From a virus (lineage: Duplodnaviria > Caudoviricetes), in IMG/VR virus record IMGVR_UViG_3300049170_000057, positions 1-57,488 of that record: a DNA stretch of 57,488 nucleotides; one strand, written 5' to 3'. Positions 7,946-17,863 of the stretch are shown one piece after another; the stretch's first letter is position 1; each line of letters begins with the position of its first letter. The notes beneath the pieces are model-generated. The model was not told the origin of the DNA. It did no database searches and saw only the letters and a program-made list of their open reading frames with translations. The position numbers were made by a program, and so were the translations under genes.

Positions 7946-10033
7946 CTATAGCTTAGTATATATTACTGATGTTTCACCTTCATATATAAATCCATTGGTC
8001 AGACCAATATTTTCAAGACCTCGATAATACTTAGCATACCTTTCATTGTCCTTAGTGTCTGCTATTGATTGCCTGTCTAAAACTTCATTATTTATAAGCC
8101 TGCTCGTTACTATCGCCCCTAGCTTTCTAGTTGGTTGGGTGTAAGATATTTGATGTCCGCCCACAACCGGAATGTAATGATCCTCGCTGGTTCCCGTTCC
8201 TAGCATCGTCCTCTGAACTAGCATATCATTTATTGCGTAGGATGCAAGATTGTTTGTGATACAAACAATTCCATGATATACCCTTTCCGCAGTAATGGAC
8301 ATGCTTGGAACAATCGTATTATAGGTAATATAGCCCCCTTCCTGAAAAGTAGTCTTCTTTATATGTTTTGCAACAATAGCGTGCGATGGATCGTCAGTGC
8401 GGTACATATTTGACAACTCGTAATACTCAAATTTCTGACAAGGCCTAAGTGAAAAATCCGCAGCTAAATCTGATGGTGTCAACATAACGCCATCAGCAAG
8501 AAATTTTATTCCCATCCCGGCATAGTCTGTTTTCTCATCTCCATGATATCCACCTGTAAAGTCCGATTTGCCAATTTCTTTGAAAACGAACTCGTTCTCA
8601 CCAGTGGCCAAAACCTGCAAGTTTTGAGCCACCATAACCCCATCAATGTAACGATAAAGATATGCCCATGTCAAGCGGAAATAATCACAAAACTCTACTG
8701 TTGAGATTTCCCTACCGATTGTATGACCAACATAATAATCGCTCGTTCCGGGATATTTAGTAAAGACAATCATCCTTTCCACACCAGACGTATAGGTAGA
8801 TCTGTTGGGGTTAAAAGATGTCAAGTTCCATGTGAAAAGCACAGGCGGCAAGGTCGTATCCGGGATTAAGTCCCGAAATATCTTATCAGTTCCAGACTGG
8901 ATAAGTTTGTTAACTTTCGCCGTTGCTCTATCTCCTATTCGAAGGTTAACACCCATTTTAGTAACTAGAGCTTCACCACTTCCGGTTGACGGAATAGTAT
9001 ATCTATATACACCACCGCCAACATCCACCAATGCTGACTTAAGGATGCTCTTTACTTGGTTTCCAGAAGCATCATAAAGATATCCAATGGTAGTGGACGC
9101 ACTTGCAACTGTAACTGAAATACCGGAGAACGCCCATATTTCGCCAGGAGCAATAGGTATAACATTGTCACTACGCACGAATCCAGTATTTGCATTTATA
9201 GTTGTTATCGGATTAGCGTAAGTTCCTGTATTGGTGAATCCCCCCGAGGCTTCCTGTCCATACTTGGTAATATCCATTATATCGGCCAAAGTAATTTTAT
9301 CCGCAATCTGAGCAGGTTTCACGTAGGTTGTAAGGTCGTCCGGGATTAGACTTCCATGTATTTTGCCTGAGCCCTCTTGCATCAGTCTCCTGACAGTAGC
9401 AGTCGCCCCGTCTTGAACCCGAAGAACAACGCCCCATCCGGCAATTGTTCCACCAGAAGGAGGAGCGGGAACAGTATATCTATATCTCCCGTTGGACATG
9501 GGCACCAATAAAGCTTTTTGAACCGACATGAGCTGAGAGCCGTTCGCGTCATATAAATAGCCAACTACTGTTGATGCGGAAGAAATCGTAATAGGTATTC
9601 CAGAAATTTCAAGTATTTGACCCGTTTGTGCAGGAATAATATTTGAACTATACACAAACCCCGAATCTGGAATTATAACGCTTGATGGGTCTCCATATCT
9701 TCCCGTATTGGGAAACCCGCCAGATAATTCGTCAGAGTATATAGTGGCGTTTAATATTTCAGTCTTTCGGAGTCCATCCCTTTCCTTTAGGTAATCTTTC
9801 AATTTAGGAACAAGATTGCTGTCGCTAAACCCGCCGAACCAATGATGTTCGACAAAGTTAGTCACCGTCCCAATCTGAACCACTTTCCCAAACCTCAGGT
9901 TCACACCATCCCCATCCAATACATTGGGAATAGCCTCACACGCCAACGCCAAAGTAGCATACACCGTATTAAGTGCATCAAGGTTTCCGCCAGTCGTTTT
10001 TCTAAATCCGTTCGCTCTATCTGTATTAGCCAT
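7946..10033 (-). CDS. Tail fibre / receptor-binding-like structural protein with an internal duplicated domain
   Basis: Position in the tail module; beta-rich; two ~140-aa homologous repeats. Confidence 0.6.
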   Translation of the reverse strand: MANTDRANGFRKTTGGNLDALNTVYATLALACEAIPNVLDGDGVNLRFGKVVQIGTVTNFVEHHWFGGFSDSNLVPKLKDYLKERDGLRKTEILNATIYSDELSGGFPNTGRYGDPSSVIIPDSGFVYSSNIIPAQTGQILEISGIPITISSASTVVGYLYDANGSQLMSVQKALLVPMSNGRYRYTVPAPPSGGTIAGWGVVLRVQDGATATVRRLMQEGSGKIHGSLIPDDLTTYVKPAQIADKITLADIMDITKYGQEASGGFTNTGTYANPITTINANTGFVRSDNVIPIAPGEIWAFSGISVTVASASTTIGYLYDASGNQVKSILKSALVDVGGGVYRYTIPSTGSGEALVTKMGVNLRIGDRATAKVNKLIQSGTDKIFRDLIPDTTLPPVLFTWNLTSFNPNRSTYTSGVERMIVFTKYPGTSDYYVGHTIGREISTVEFCDYFRLTWAYLYRYIDGVMVAQNLQVLATGENEFVFKEIGKSDFTGGYHGDEKTDYAGMGIKFLADGVMLTPSDLAADFSLRPCQKFEYYELSNMYRTDDPSHAIVAKHIKKTTFQEGGYITYNTIVPSMSITAERVYHGIVCITNNLASYAINDMLVQRTMLGTGTSEDHYIPVVGGHQISYTQPTRKLGAIVTSRLINNEVLDRQSIADTKDNERYAKYYRGLENIGLTNGFIYEGETSVIYTKL

Positions 10034-10913
10034 TTTTTAATATTACCTCCTGTTCGTGATTTGATGAATAAGCAAGCCCGTTCTGCAATGCCATGATTTT
10101 GTAGTCTGCCCCGTCGATGGTAAGAGATCGGACCAGCTTGTAATTATTATCCGTTACCCCATCCCTGTATAGAAACTCCTCCGCCTGAACGTCCCAAACT
10201 GTTTGAAGTGATTTGGTAGAAGGAATCGCAATGATGATAATCCTGTTCAATCCCGTATTAACTGTGAAGTTCATTATCCCAACTCCCACAATACCAGACA
10301 GAGCCTTGACCTGAGCCGCAGTTGTAGGAATAGCTGCAGCCGGTCCGAAGTAGGTCGGTGATACAGGTACCGGCGGATAAGCAGCTACATACCCGTTTGC
10401 ATAGTTCTGACCGTCGGTCATAAACGTAGCATCCTCTGCCTGTAAAAGGTCAGCATCTGCCTGGGAGTATGAAGTATATGTCCGGGTAAAAGTGACGGTA
10501 CCCAGTCCATTGGCAGGAGTGAAAACCTGAGAGCGGATAGAGGTGAATGTTTCGGGGTAGTCGTCGATAAGATTAATTACCATACTTGCCCCTAACTTTC
10601 CAGCTCCTTGAACCTTGCTCAACATCTTGAAGTTGCTCACACTGCCATACCCCAATTTATACCGGCTATACAATTGCGGGAACTCCCAGATAATATCGGC
10701 GCCGCTTTGCAATACCGCTTGAAGTGCGTGCCATTTCTGCCAGAAATCCACTTCGCCCTCCCCGATCATTGTAACCGGAATTGCAAGGTGTTTTTCCTGC
10801 GCTGGCCATGCTCCAAAAGGTTTGATTATCTCATTGTACGTTCCATTTTCAAGGATACCTCCATACGTTAGAGACAAGTCCAGCCCGTTAATTTTTGCTT
10901 TATTTATTATCAT
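10026..10913 (-). CDS. Distal tail-like protein
   Basis: Immediately downstream of the tape measure gene; begins with INGLDL...YG. Confidence 0.6.
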   Translation of the reverse strand: MIINKAKINGLDLSLTYGGILENGTYNEIIKPFGAWPAQEKHLAIPVTMIGEGEVDFWQKWHALQAVLQSGADIIWEFPQLYSRYKLGYGSVSNFKMLSKVQGAGKLGASMVINLIDDYPETFTSIRSQVFTPANGLGTVTFTRTYTSYSQADADLLQAEDATFMTDGQNYANGYVAAYPPVPVSPTYFGPAAAIPTTAAQVKALSGIVGVGIMNFTVNTGLNRIIIIAIPSTKSLQTVWDVQAEEFLYRDGVTDNNYKLVRSLTIDGADYKIMALQNGLAYSSNHEQEVILKNG

Positions 10914-10926
10914 CTCAGTCCTGCTG

Positions 10927-13900
10927 TTATCTCAATCCTGCCGCAACTGCTGCATTGTTATTATTGTCCATCTTTCTGTTCATTGCCCGAAGTTCATCCC
11001 GCATCTCAGCGATCGGCTCGGTATTATTCGCCGTTCTCCTGGTATTGGCCTCGATCTGCTCATGGTATTGAAGTGATCTATCAATTAATTCCGCTGTCTT
11101 GACTATGGCCGGATACTGAATAGCGATCATCCGGTTAAGCTCCAATTGAGCCAGACGTATACCTGCAGTTTGTCCTGCCAGTAGATTAATTGACTCCTGA
11201 GAAGCGGTAGAATAAGCGCCTTGTAGGGAGTTAGCGCTCTTGCCCTGCTCTGTCCCAAAACTCACCCCCGCAATCTTCTCCAGATTCGCAAACTGCGACT
11301 CCGCATTAGCCACGATGCTATCATACAACTCCCGCAGCTTCGCTATCTCCGCAGCATCCAGCCCAGCCCCAGACTGCGCGCTATTAGCAAACTGATCATA
11401 AAAGCCTTGCAAGGCACTTTCCAGGTAATTACGCTTAAAACTGTTTAACACAGACCGTTTCATGATCTCCTCGAAGTTCTTTCCGAAGTCCTCAGCTGCG
11501 GTTGTCCCGTTCTCAAACATTGAAACGATACTGTCGGCTATCTCATTGAACGTCGTACCGGTAGTTTCAGCCTTGAGCTGATTCAGCGTCTCCCTGTACA
11601 ATTCAGCCTGCCTGATCAGGTTTGAAGCGATCGCCTCTGTCTGAGCATCCAATTTGCCCATATCAATAAGACCCTGCAAATCAGCTAAAGCTTGGCCGCT
11701 GGTAGTGATATCTTTAAGCCCGTCGGCAATCTTGCCCAGATCGGTTATGTTCCCGGACTTCGCAAGCTCCTCAACAATCTCAGTGAAGAAAGACCCCGGT
11801 TTGCCGCCCTTGTTCATCATGTCGATGATCTTGTCAATTTGAGCGTATCCGGATAAGGAATACTTGCCATTCAACTGACCAGTCAAATCGCCGTAGCTTT
11901 TGCGGATGGACTGCAAGCTTTCATTGAACTTGGTCAAACGCTCCGTTCCGAATGCTTCCTCGATAGCTGCCGCTTGCCTTTCAAGGGCTTTGGTTACCGC
12001 TTCCGTTTGCTTTAACTGCAATTCATTGGTATACCTGGCCTGCTCCCGTTCACGTTCACTGGCAGAGCTTAATGCCTTGGTGATCCCCCCGATGATTCCG
12101 ATTGCAGCACCGGCAATACCCAAACCTCCGGTGAGTGAACCCAAGATAGAGCCTGTCCGGTCAGCCTGCGCAGTCTTGAGGCTGTTGAGTATAGTTTTGA
12201 CCTGCCCAAGTCCTCCCACTACGTTCGCAAGCGTCCCGATCATATTGCCAAATCCCTGATCAATCCCGCTGACTTGGGAGGCAATCGCTCCCAGGGACTG
12301 AGATAGGTCGTTCAGTCTGGCAGGTAGACGCTGCTCAAGTGACCCGCTGGTGTCATTCAACGCAAGACCGATCTGACGAGCCATATCTTTGCTAATCTTT
12401 CCAGCCTTCACTAACCCGGCAAGCATCTCCTGAGCGTCTGCAATAACTTTCTTAGCTGCTGAATCACTCAAGCGATCAATACCTTCGTACAATGCCTTGT
12501 AAGCATCTAATTTCTGAACGTTGGCATCATCCAAAGCATCAAGCTCTTCCTTTTCCTTGAAGCGTGAGGCGTTGATATCACTTTCATTAGTCAGCTTAGC
12601 CCGATCTCGTGCGTAATTTTCCTGAATGACAAGTCGCTCCTGCTCATAACCTTGAAGGCTAATTAAGAGATCCTGAAATGACTTCGCCTGAACACGCTGT
12701 TCTTGCTTAATCAAATCCTCAACGACTTTTAAACGATCCTTCATGGCCGGTGTTAGGTCTGTGCCTTTACCAGCGATCGTAGCCCGCTCCTTCTCCAATG
12801 ATGCCAGGTACGAGGATGATTCAACCGCAAATTGTCTGCGAGCTGACTCCTCTCCCATCTTAGAACGGGCATTCTCGAAATCCTCATACAGCTGCTGACG
12901 TTCCGCTAACGCAAGTTTTAACTGCTCCGTTCCCTGCTCATACTTCAGATTATCAAGCGCAGCATCCCGAACACCATCGAGCGTTCCAACATTCAGCAGA
13001 TCAATCTTGCCACCTTTAGCGTTCTTGTTATAGTTAGCCGCCCAAGTGTTATAAGCCACCAACTGGCGACGCACTTCTGCAAAACGGTCAACGATGGCCT
13101 GCTTTGCTTCTTCCTCCTTAGTCAGGCTCTTGCGTGAAAATTCATCTTCCACCCGTGCGATGGTATCCAGTATACCCTGACGCTTGGCTAGTGCAGCCTG
13201 ATACTGATTTTCAGCGGCAAGAGCGGCCTTACCAGATATCTTTTCAGGTTTACCTGCAATGGCATTAATTAGATTCTCCTGACCTGCATACTTGATCAGA
13301 AATTTAGCTTGTTGTTCTAACCGCTTGTCCTCCATATCTTTCGCTCTGAGAGCTTCTTTCGCGCGGATATCGTTTTCCTTGATGATCCGATCAACTGCAC
13401 TACCTTTAACGGCAACATCTCGTATTTCACCGGTTTCCAGATTCTCTACGCCTACAGTGGTCCCCCGCTTTGCCTCAGCTCTGTTATTCTCAGCCTGATT
13501 CGCAACACGTATCTTTCTTTTCTGGATCGCAACTTCCAGTCTCTTAGCTTCAATTTCATCGAGCTTATCCTTTGCAGCTTTCGCCCTCGAAGTAGCAAGT
13601 ATGGATTTAGTCAACTCATCATAAGTGTCACGCTCCTGTCCATTCAATATCGCCTGAGTTTTTGACTGAGCGAACGCCTGCGGAAAGATGGACTGCAACT
13701 CTTTTGCAGCTTTGGTTCGCGCCTGAGTTGATAAGGTTACATCATTGGCTGCGTTATAAAGGATCTTCAATGTGGCGATCTGACCACCTGCTGCCTGACT
13801 GGCGTTCCGGTTTACCTCATTCAGGGCCGTTAACTTTTCAGCAGATTCGCTTACTTTTTTGCTGAAAATATCCAGTTTGGTTATATATTCGATAATAGGA

Positions 13901-14928
13901 CCGACCGCGAACGCAAGTAAACCCGCGATACCAATACCAGGTAATATGTTAGCCGCCATCTTTAGCCCACCCCACAGCTTACCCAGCATGTTACCTGACC
14001 CTTTAATTGCATTCCCCATGCTATCGAATCCAGTCTTGCCCACATTTGACACACGCCCGATCTCGATCTGAGTTTCCTGAAGCTTCCTATTGTACTTCTC
14101 AATGATCGCAGGATTAGTCGATGATGCTGACATTTTGCCGTATTCAGCAGCAGCATACTTGAGGCGTTCCAGCAACCCGATGGGGCGAGTAATGGCATTA
14201 CCCAGCTCATCGAAGCCAGTTTTGCCTATCCTATTCAACCTGGCTATCTCAGCAGATGTCTGCTCTATTCGGGCATTAGCATTAGCGATCCCCTCAACGG
14301 AGGTTTGCCCTACCTTCTGCTCCTGATAGGTTTTAAGTTGAGCAGTGAGCCTCGCCAAAATTCCCTGTTGCTGGGTAAGGCCGGCGTTGGTCTTTCCAGT
14401 TGCGGCAGTCGTCGCATCTTGGGCCTTACCAAAGTTCTGTAATGCAGTCCTTAACTCATTCTGTTTTGCAGACATTGCACTAATGGTCCGGTTATATGCC
14501 TCAGCGCTCATACGTCCTGCCTGATAGTTGGCAGTGACTTTCATTTGCTCAGTGTCCAGACGCTTGAACTCGTCAATTAGCCCCTGCTGCGTAAATCCTT
14601 GCTTTACTGCACCGTTACCAGTACCTGACTTACTTCTGGCATAAGCGGCAACCTCTGCTGCTGAATTGCTGATGATAGGCTTTCGGGCTGGCGATTTCGA
14701 TTCTTCAGCATTGCGCTTTTTGATCGCTTCAGTCTGTTGATTGGTAGCTGCAATCTGCTGTTTAGTGACCTGAGTGACTTCCTGCATCTTTGCCTTTTCG
14801 CTACTGATCATAGCGATATTGGCATCAGATATCATTTTAGTCTGACTGGCGGCATCCTTCTTGAGCTTATCCAGAATCTTCCGGATCGGACTGTCGTCCC
14901 CCTCTATTTTGAACTTGATACTCGCCAT
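10927..14928 (-). CDS. Tape measure protein
   Basis: 1333 aa, Ala/Lys/Gln-rich helical protein with hydrophobic Gly-rich segments; C-terminal IEANT..TA motif. Confidence 0.9.
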   Translation of the reverse strand: MASIKFKIEGDDSPIRKILDKLKKDAASQTKMISDANIAMISSEKAKMQEVTQVTKQQIAATNQQTEAIKKRNAEESKSPARKPIISNSAAEVAAYARSKSGTGNGAVKQGFTQQGLIDEFKRLDTEQMKVTANYQAGRMSAEAYNRTISAMSAKQNELRTALQNFGKAQDATTAATGKTNAGLTQQQGILARLTAQLKTYQEQKVGQTSVEGIANANARIEQTSAEIARLNRIGKTGFDELGNAITRPIGLLERLKYAAAEYGKMSASSTNPAIIEKYNRKLQETQIEIGRVSNVGKTGFDSMGNAIKGSGNMLGKLWGGLKMAANILPGIGIAGLLAFAVGPIIEYITKLDIFSKKVSESAEKLTALNEVNRNASQAAGGQIATLKILYNAANDVTLSTQARTKAAKELQSIFPQAFAQSKTQAILNGQERDTYDELTKSILATSRAKAAKDKLDEIEAKRLEVAIQKRKIRVANQAENNRAEAKRGTTVGVENLETGEIRDVAVKGSAVDRIIKENDIRAKEALRAKDMEDKRLEQQAKFLIKYAGQENLINAIAGKPEKISGKAALAAENQYQAALAKRQGILDTIARVEDEFSRKSLTKEEEAKQAIVDRFAEVRRQLVAYNTWAANYNKNAKGGKIDLLNVGTLDGVRDAALDNLKYEQGTEQLKLALAERQQLYEDFENARSKMGEESARRQFAVESSSYLASLEKERATIAGKGTDLTPAMKDRLKVVEDLIKQEQRVQAKSFQDLLISLQGYEQERLVIQENYARDRAKLTNESDINASRFKEKEELDALDDANVQKLDAYKALYEGIDRLSDSAAKKVIADAQEMLAGLVKAGKISKDMARQIGLALNDTSGSLEQRLPARLNDLSQSLGAIASQVSGIDQGFGNMIGTLANVVGGLGQVKTILNSLKTAQADRTGSILGSLTGGLGIAGAAIGIIGGITKALSSASEREREQARYTNELQLKQTEAVTKALERQAAAIEEAFGTERLTKFNESLQSIRKSYGDLTGQLNGKYSLSGYAQIDKIIDMMNKGGKPGSFFTEIVEELAKSGNITDLGKIADGLKDITTSGQALADLQGLIDMGKLDAQTEAIASNLIRQAELYRETLNQLKAETTGTTFNEIADSIVSMFENGTTAAEDFGKNFEEIMKRSVLNSFKRNYLESALQGFYDQFANSAQSGAGLDAAEIAKLRELYDSIVANAESQFANLEKIAGVSFGTEQGKSANSLQGAYSTASQESINLLAGQTAGIRLAQLELNRMIAIQYPAIVKTAELIDRSLQYHEQIEANTRRTANNTEPIAEMRDELRAMNRKMDNNNNAAVAAGLR

Positions 14929-14932
14929 GTTT

Positions 14933-14992
14933 CAAAACTACCCTGATCCCGATTGGAAGGAAAATCGCAGGTTGCAACATAGAGCTAAGTTG
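14933..14992 (-). promoter_or_regulatory. Putative phage late promoter (copy 2), near-leaderless tape measure mRNA
   Basis: TAGTTTTG 4 nt before the ATG; shares CTATGTTGCAA with copy 3 at an identical offset. Confidence 0.7.
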
Positions 14993-15033
14993 AGATAATG
15001 GCACTCGAAAACCCATCGGTTAAAAACTTTTTT

Positions 15034-15050
15034 TGCTAACATCTTTAGCA
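15034..15050. promoter_or_regulatory. Palindrome TGCTAA-N5-TTAGCA, putative Bacteroidota SOS (LexA-like) box
   Basis: Upstream of the SRAP cassette; identical half-sites at 57019-57035. Confidence 0.65.
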
Positions 15051-15067
15051 TTCCATACCTTCGACCT

Positions 15068-15385
15068 ATGGAACCTGCATTCAATAAACCAAAGCCAGAT
15101 GTTGGTCATCAGATAAAGCGAGCAGTTGCAAAGGATGCTTATTACGCAGGTTGCTGGGTATATTCAGTAACGACCGGCAAGTGGTATACTCCGGAGGAAT
15201 TTGTAGAGTCGGATGAAAAGATACGAATGCACAGGAACAAGCCGGAGGAGGGATTATTCAAAGTGATGGATCCGAAAGCCGGAATAAGAACTAAGCTCGA
15301 TAAACTGAACAAAATGAGAATCGAGCTTGAGGAGTTCACCAGAAAGGTCTGCGATTACTACGATTTTAAAAGGAAGGGAAAGTAA
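15068..15385 (+). CDS. Hypothetical protein, first gene of the SRAP cassette
   Basis: ORF track; KWYTPEEF motif; no function recognised. Confidence 0.7.
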   Translation: MEPAFNKPKPDVGHQIKRAVAKDAYYAGCWVYSVTTGKWYTPEEFVESDEKIRMHRNKPEEGLFKVMDPKAGIRTKLDKLNKMRIELEEFTRKVCDYYDFKRKGK

Positions 15386-15416
15386 ACCAAACGTCACTCA
15401 GAAGCGTTCATCAGAC

Positions 15417-16088
15417 ATGTGTTCAAGATATTCAATGACCATAAAGGAAAAGGAAGCACTCAAGGAGTACAACATTCCCATTCCGAAAGACTTTGAACCT
15501 CGGTTTAGTCTTGCTCCGACGGACATCGGCCTGGTGATCACCGCTGACAGGCCGAAGGAAATTCAGAAAATGCATTTCGGTTTAGTCCCTTACTGGTCAA
15601 AGGATAAGAAAGGAGCATTTAAGATGATCAACGCTCGAAGCGAGACGATTCTCGAGACGAAGAGCTACAAACCCCTTGTGGAGAAAGCGAAGCGTTGCCT
15701 GGTACTCGCTGACGGTTTTTACGAGTGGGATACGGTCGGCGGGCAGAAGCTGCCTTACCGGTTTACTGTGCTGGGTCGGGAAGTGTTCGCTTTTGCTGGT
15801 CTATGGTCCAGATGGAAGGATCCTTTAACCAACGATCCATACGAAACGTTTACAGTCATCACTACTCAACCTAATGAGCTGGTGAGCCCTATACACGACC
15901 GTATGCCGGTGATATTGCCAAAAGCAGTGGAGCGGACATGGCTAGATCGTGATGTGCCGGTGGCTGACCTATTGAAGTTGCTCAGCCCCTACCCAGAGGA
16001 TGACATGCATAAGTTTAGAGTAAGTACAGATGTGAACAATGTTCGAAATAACCATAAAGATATTATCTTGCCTTTAAATAGCTTGTAA
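15417..16088 (+). CDS. SOS response-associated peptidase (SRAP/YedK/HMCES family abasic-site protein)
   Basis: Starts MCSRY (Cys2); INARSET, RCLVLADGFYEW, AFAGLW and IHDRMPVIL motifs; start moved to ATG 15417. Confidence 0.95.
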   Translation: MCSRYSMTIKEKEALKEYNIPIPKDFEPRFSLAPTDIGLVITADRPKEIQKMHFGLVPYWSKDKKGAFKMINARSETILETKSYKPLVEKAKRCLVLADGFYEWDTVGGQKLPYRFTVLGREVFAFAGLWSRWKDPLTNDPYETFTVITTQPNELVSPIHDRMPVILPKAVERTWLDRDVPVADLLKLLSPYPEDDMHKFRVSTDVNNVRNNHKDIILPLNSL

Positions 16089-16089
16089 T

Positions 16090-16302
16090 ATGGAATTTGA
16101 AAGATTTGCTGTAACTGTTAACGGGGAGACCCTGTTTGTGATACCTCAGGGCGATGAGACATACATCATTATGAAGGGCGATGATCAGCTCGGTGTCCTT
16201 TGCCCGGATTGTGTTGATGATAACGTGGTATGGCTGTCAGATGAGATGGATGCGGACCTGGTTGAGAAGATCGGTCTGGCGATTGAGGCGCATGATATGT
16301 AA
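16090..16302 (+). CDS. Small acidic hypothetical protein
   Basis: ORF directly after SRAP. Confidence 0.7.
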   Translation: MEFERFAVTVNGETLFVIPQGDETYIIMKGDDQLGVLCPDCVDDNVVWLSDEMDADLVEKIGLAIEAHDM

Positions 16303-16723
16303 AAACAAAAAACCCCCGAAACTTGAGAGCGTCGAGGGAGGCTAACCGCAGATTAGCTTTGCTGAGAAAGAGCATGCCTTCGATAGAAGCATGGGCAAAG
16401 ATACTCAGCAGCGTGGTCAGGAAAAATGATCTTTGTCACTCTTCCACTTCACTGGCTAATAATTATAGCCAGGCTGAGAGTGCAGATTAGTGGTTTGGTA
16501 ATTCGCGAGCAAAGGCATTGACGAAATCCGATGTCAGATACCTGAATTGCGTTAGGAGAATACCTGTTTTCTGAGTAAACGTTTTAAATGTTTTCTCGGG
16601 GAGCTACCTTTGCCGCAATTCTTCGGAAGATAACTTAGTAAAGCCTGCTACCCCTCCAGTCGAGGGGTTTTTTTGTTGTCAAGCATAAAAAAGCCCAGCT
16701 GGGTGAGAGCTGGGCTGAGAGTG

Positions 16724-16867
16724 CTAGGAAAAGGCTTCTTTAATCAGCGATTTGAACAGATCCTTTAATGCGAATTCAATAATTCTCTGAATCATACGTA
16801 ACTTCATGATCTTTTTCGCATTCCTAACAAGATCTGACGTTGTGCTCGACTTGAATATTATTTTCAT
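16724..16867 (-). CDS. Unannotated 47-aa basic amphipathic peptide (MKIIFKSSTTSDLVRNAKKIMKLRMIQRIIEFALKDLFKSLIKEAFS)
   Basis: ATG..TAG frame followed by an intrinsic terminator at 16687-16716. Confidence 0.5.
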   Translation of the reverse strand: MKIIFKSSTTSDLVRNAKKIMKLRMIQRIIEFALKDLFKSLIKEAFS

Positions 16868-17095
16868 ATAATCTCGGTTTTATGCATTCTGCGCCGAGTG
16901 ACACAAAAGTTCCATATCGCAGCGTAACAATTCCAACTGTCACGATCTATAAAGGGATATAGGAATCATTATCCGTAGAAAGATTTCTTTGTTGACAAAT
17001 AGGCCATAACCCACATAAACAGCTGCCCATTCTTTATTATGAAAATCTACTTCCCACTTAAATAAATTGCAGTACATTGGAGGAAAAACCGTTAT

Positions 17096-17569
17096 ATGAA
17101 AAAACCTTTACTACTACTTACAATCGCAGCTTTTTTCTTTCTTGGATGTAAAAAAGAAGATGATGAAACCGTTTCCTTTGAGGTGACCTGCACCGGCTGT
17201 ACCATTACCTACACGGACATTAATGGATCTACAGCTTCCGCAAGCAACATTAATTCTTCATTTAAAAAAACCTATAACATTCCCATTGATGTCCAATTGA
17301 CTATTGCAGTTAGAAGCACAGCTACAGTTGTTTTTTTTAGAAACGACAAATCAGTTTACTCGGAGGCGTTTTACAGTAATACTTCACTGTGGTATGATCG
17401 CAAAACAGGGGTAATATCAGAGGGATCTGGTGGATCTTCGAGCGGTGGTTCGTCGAGGTGTGGTAATCATAATGGCAACAGTTTGTATATAGGACCACAA
17501 GGCGGATGTTATTATTACAATCGGAATGGTAATAAGACATACGTTGATCGGAGTAAATGTAGATGTTAG
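17096..17569 (+). CDS. Lipoprotein moron with C-terminal GPxGGCYY..NGNKTYV (PBCV basic-adaptor-like) motif
   Basis: Lipobox FLGC followed by KKEDDE; Ser/Gly linker; C-terminal motif. Confidence 0.75.
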   Translation: MKKPLLLLTIAAFFFLGCKKEDDETVSFEVTCTGCTITYTDINGSTASASNINSSFKKTYNIPIDVQLTIAVRSTATVVFFRNDKSVYSEAFYSNTSLWYDRKTGVISEGSGGSSSGGSSRCGNHNGNSLYIGPQGGCYYYNRNGNKTYVDRSKCRC

Positions 17570-17645
17570 ATTGTATTAAATCCAAGCTGCTGGAAATCTC
17601 GTAAGTCTTTATAATTCTTCGGAAGATAACTTGGTACAGACTACT

Positions 17646-17671
17646 ACCCCCTCAAATTAGAGGGGGTTTTT
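17646..17671. terminator. Intrinsic terminator between convergent units
   Basis: ACCCCCTC-loop-GAGGGGGTTTTT. Confidence 0.75.
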
Positions 17672-17863
17672 GCTTTTCCTTAACAACCTCGCTAGCACCA
17701 CTACTTTCACTCCATCAAAATCCACAAGCATATTTGAATTGGCTCCTCTTATACACTTTCCATCAACCCGGCGAACGGCTGTGCATGTTTTTCCTTTGAG
17801 GGCTGGATCGGTCAGGCGGTCGCCTTTGTAGGTGTAGGTGGTCTCATTCATATATCCCTCCAA
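17657..17863 (-). CDS. Small phage hypothetical protein
   Basis: ORF track; C..VRR.DGKCIRG.N.NMLV.F pattern. Confidence 0.65.
   Translation of the reverse strand: MEGYMNETTYTYKGDRLTDPALKGKTCTAVRRVDGKCIRGANSNMLVDFDGVKVVVLARLLRKSKNPL

Noticed and set aside
5098-10033. Diversity-generating retroelement or invertible tail-fibre cassette
   Set aside because: No reverse transcriptase or invertase, and no TR/VR pair or flanking inverted repeats seen
16455-16469. Third SOS-like box (GCTAATAATTATAGC)
   Set aside because: It has a mismatch in the half-site and no clear gene under its control
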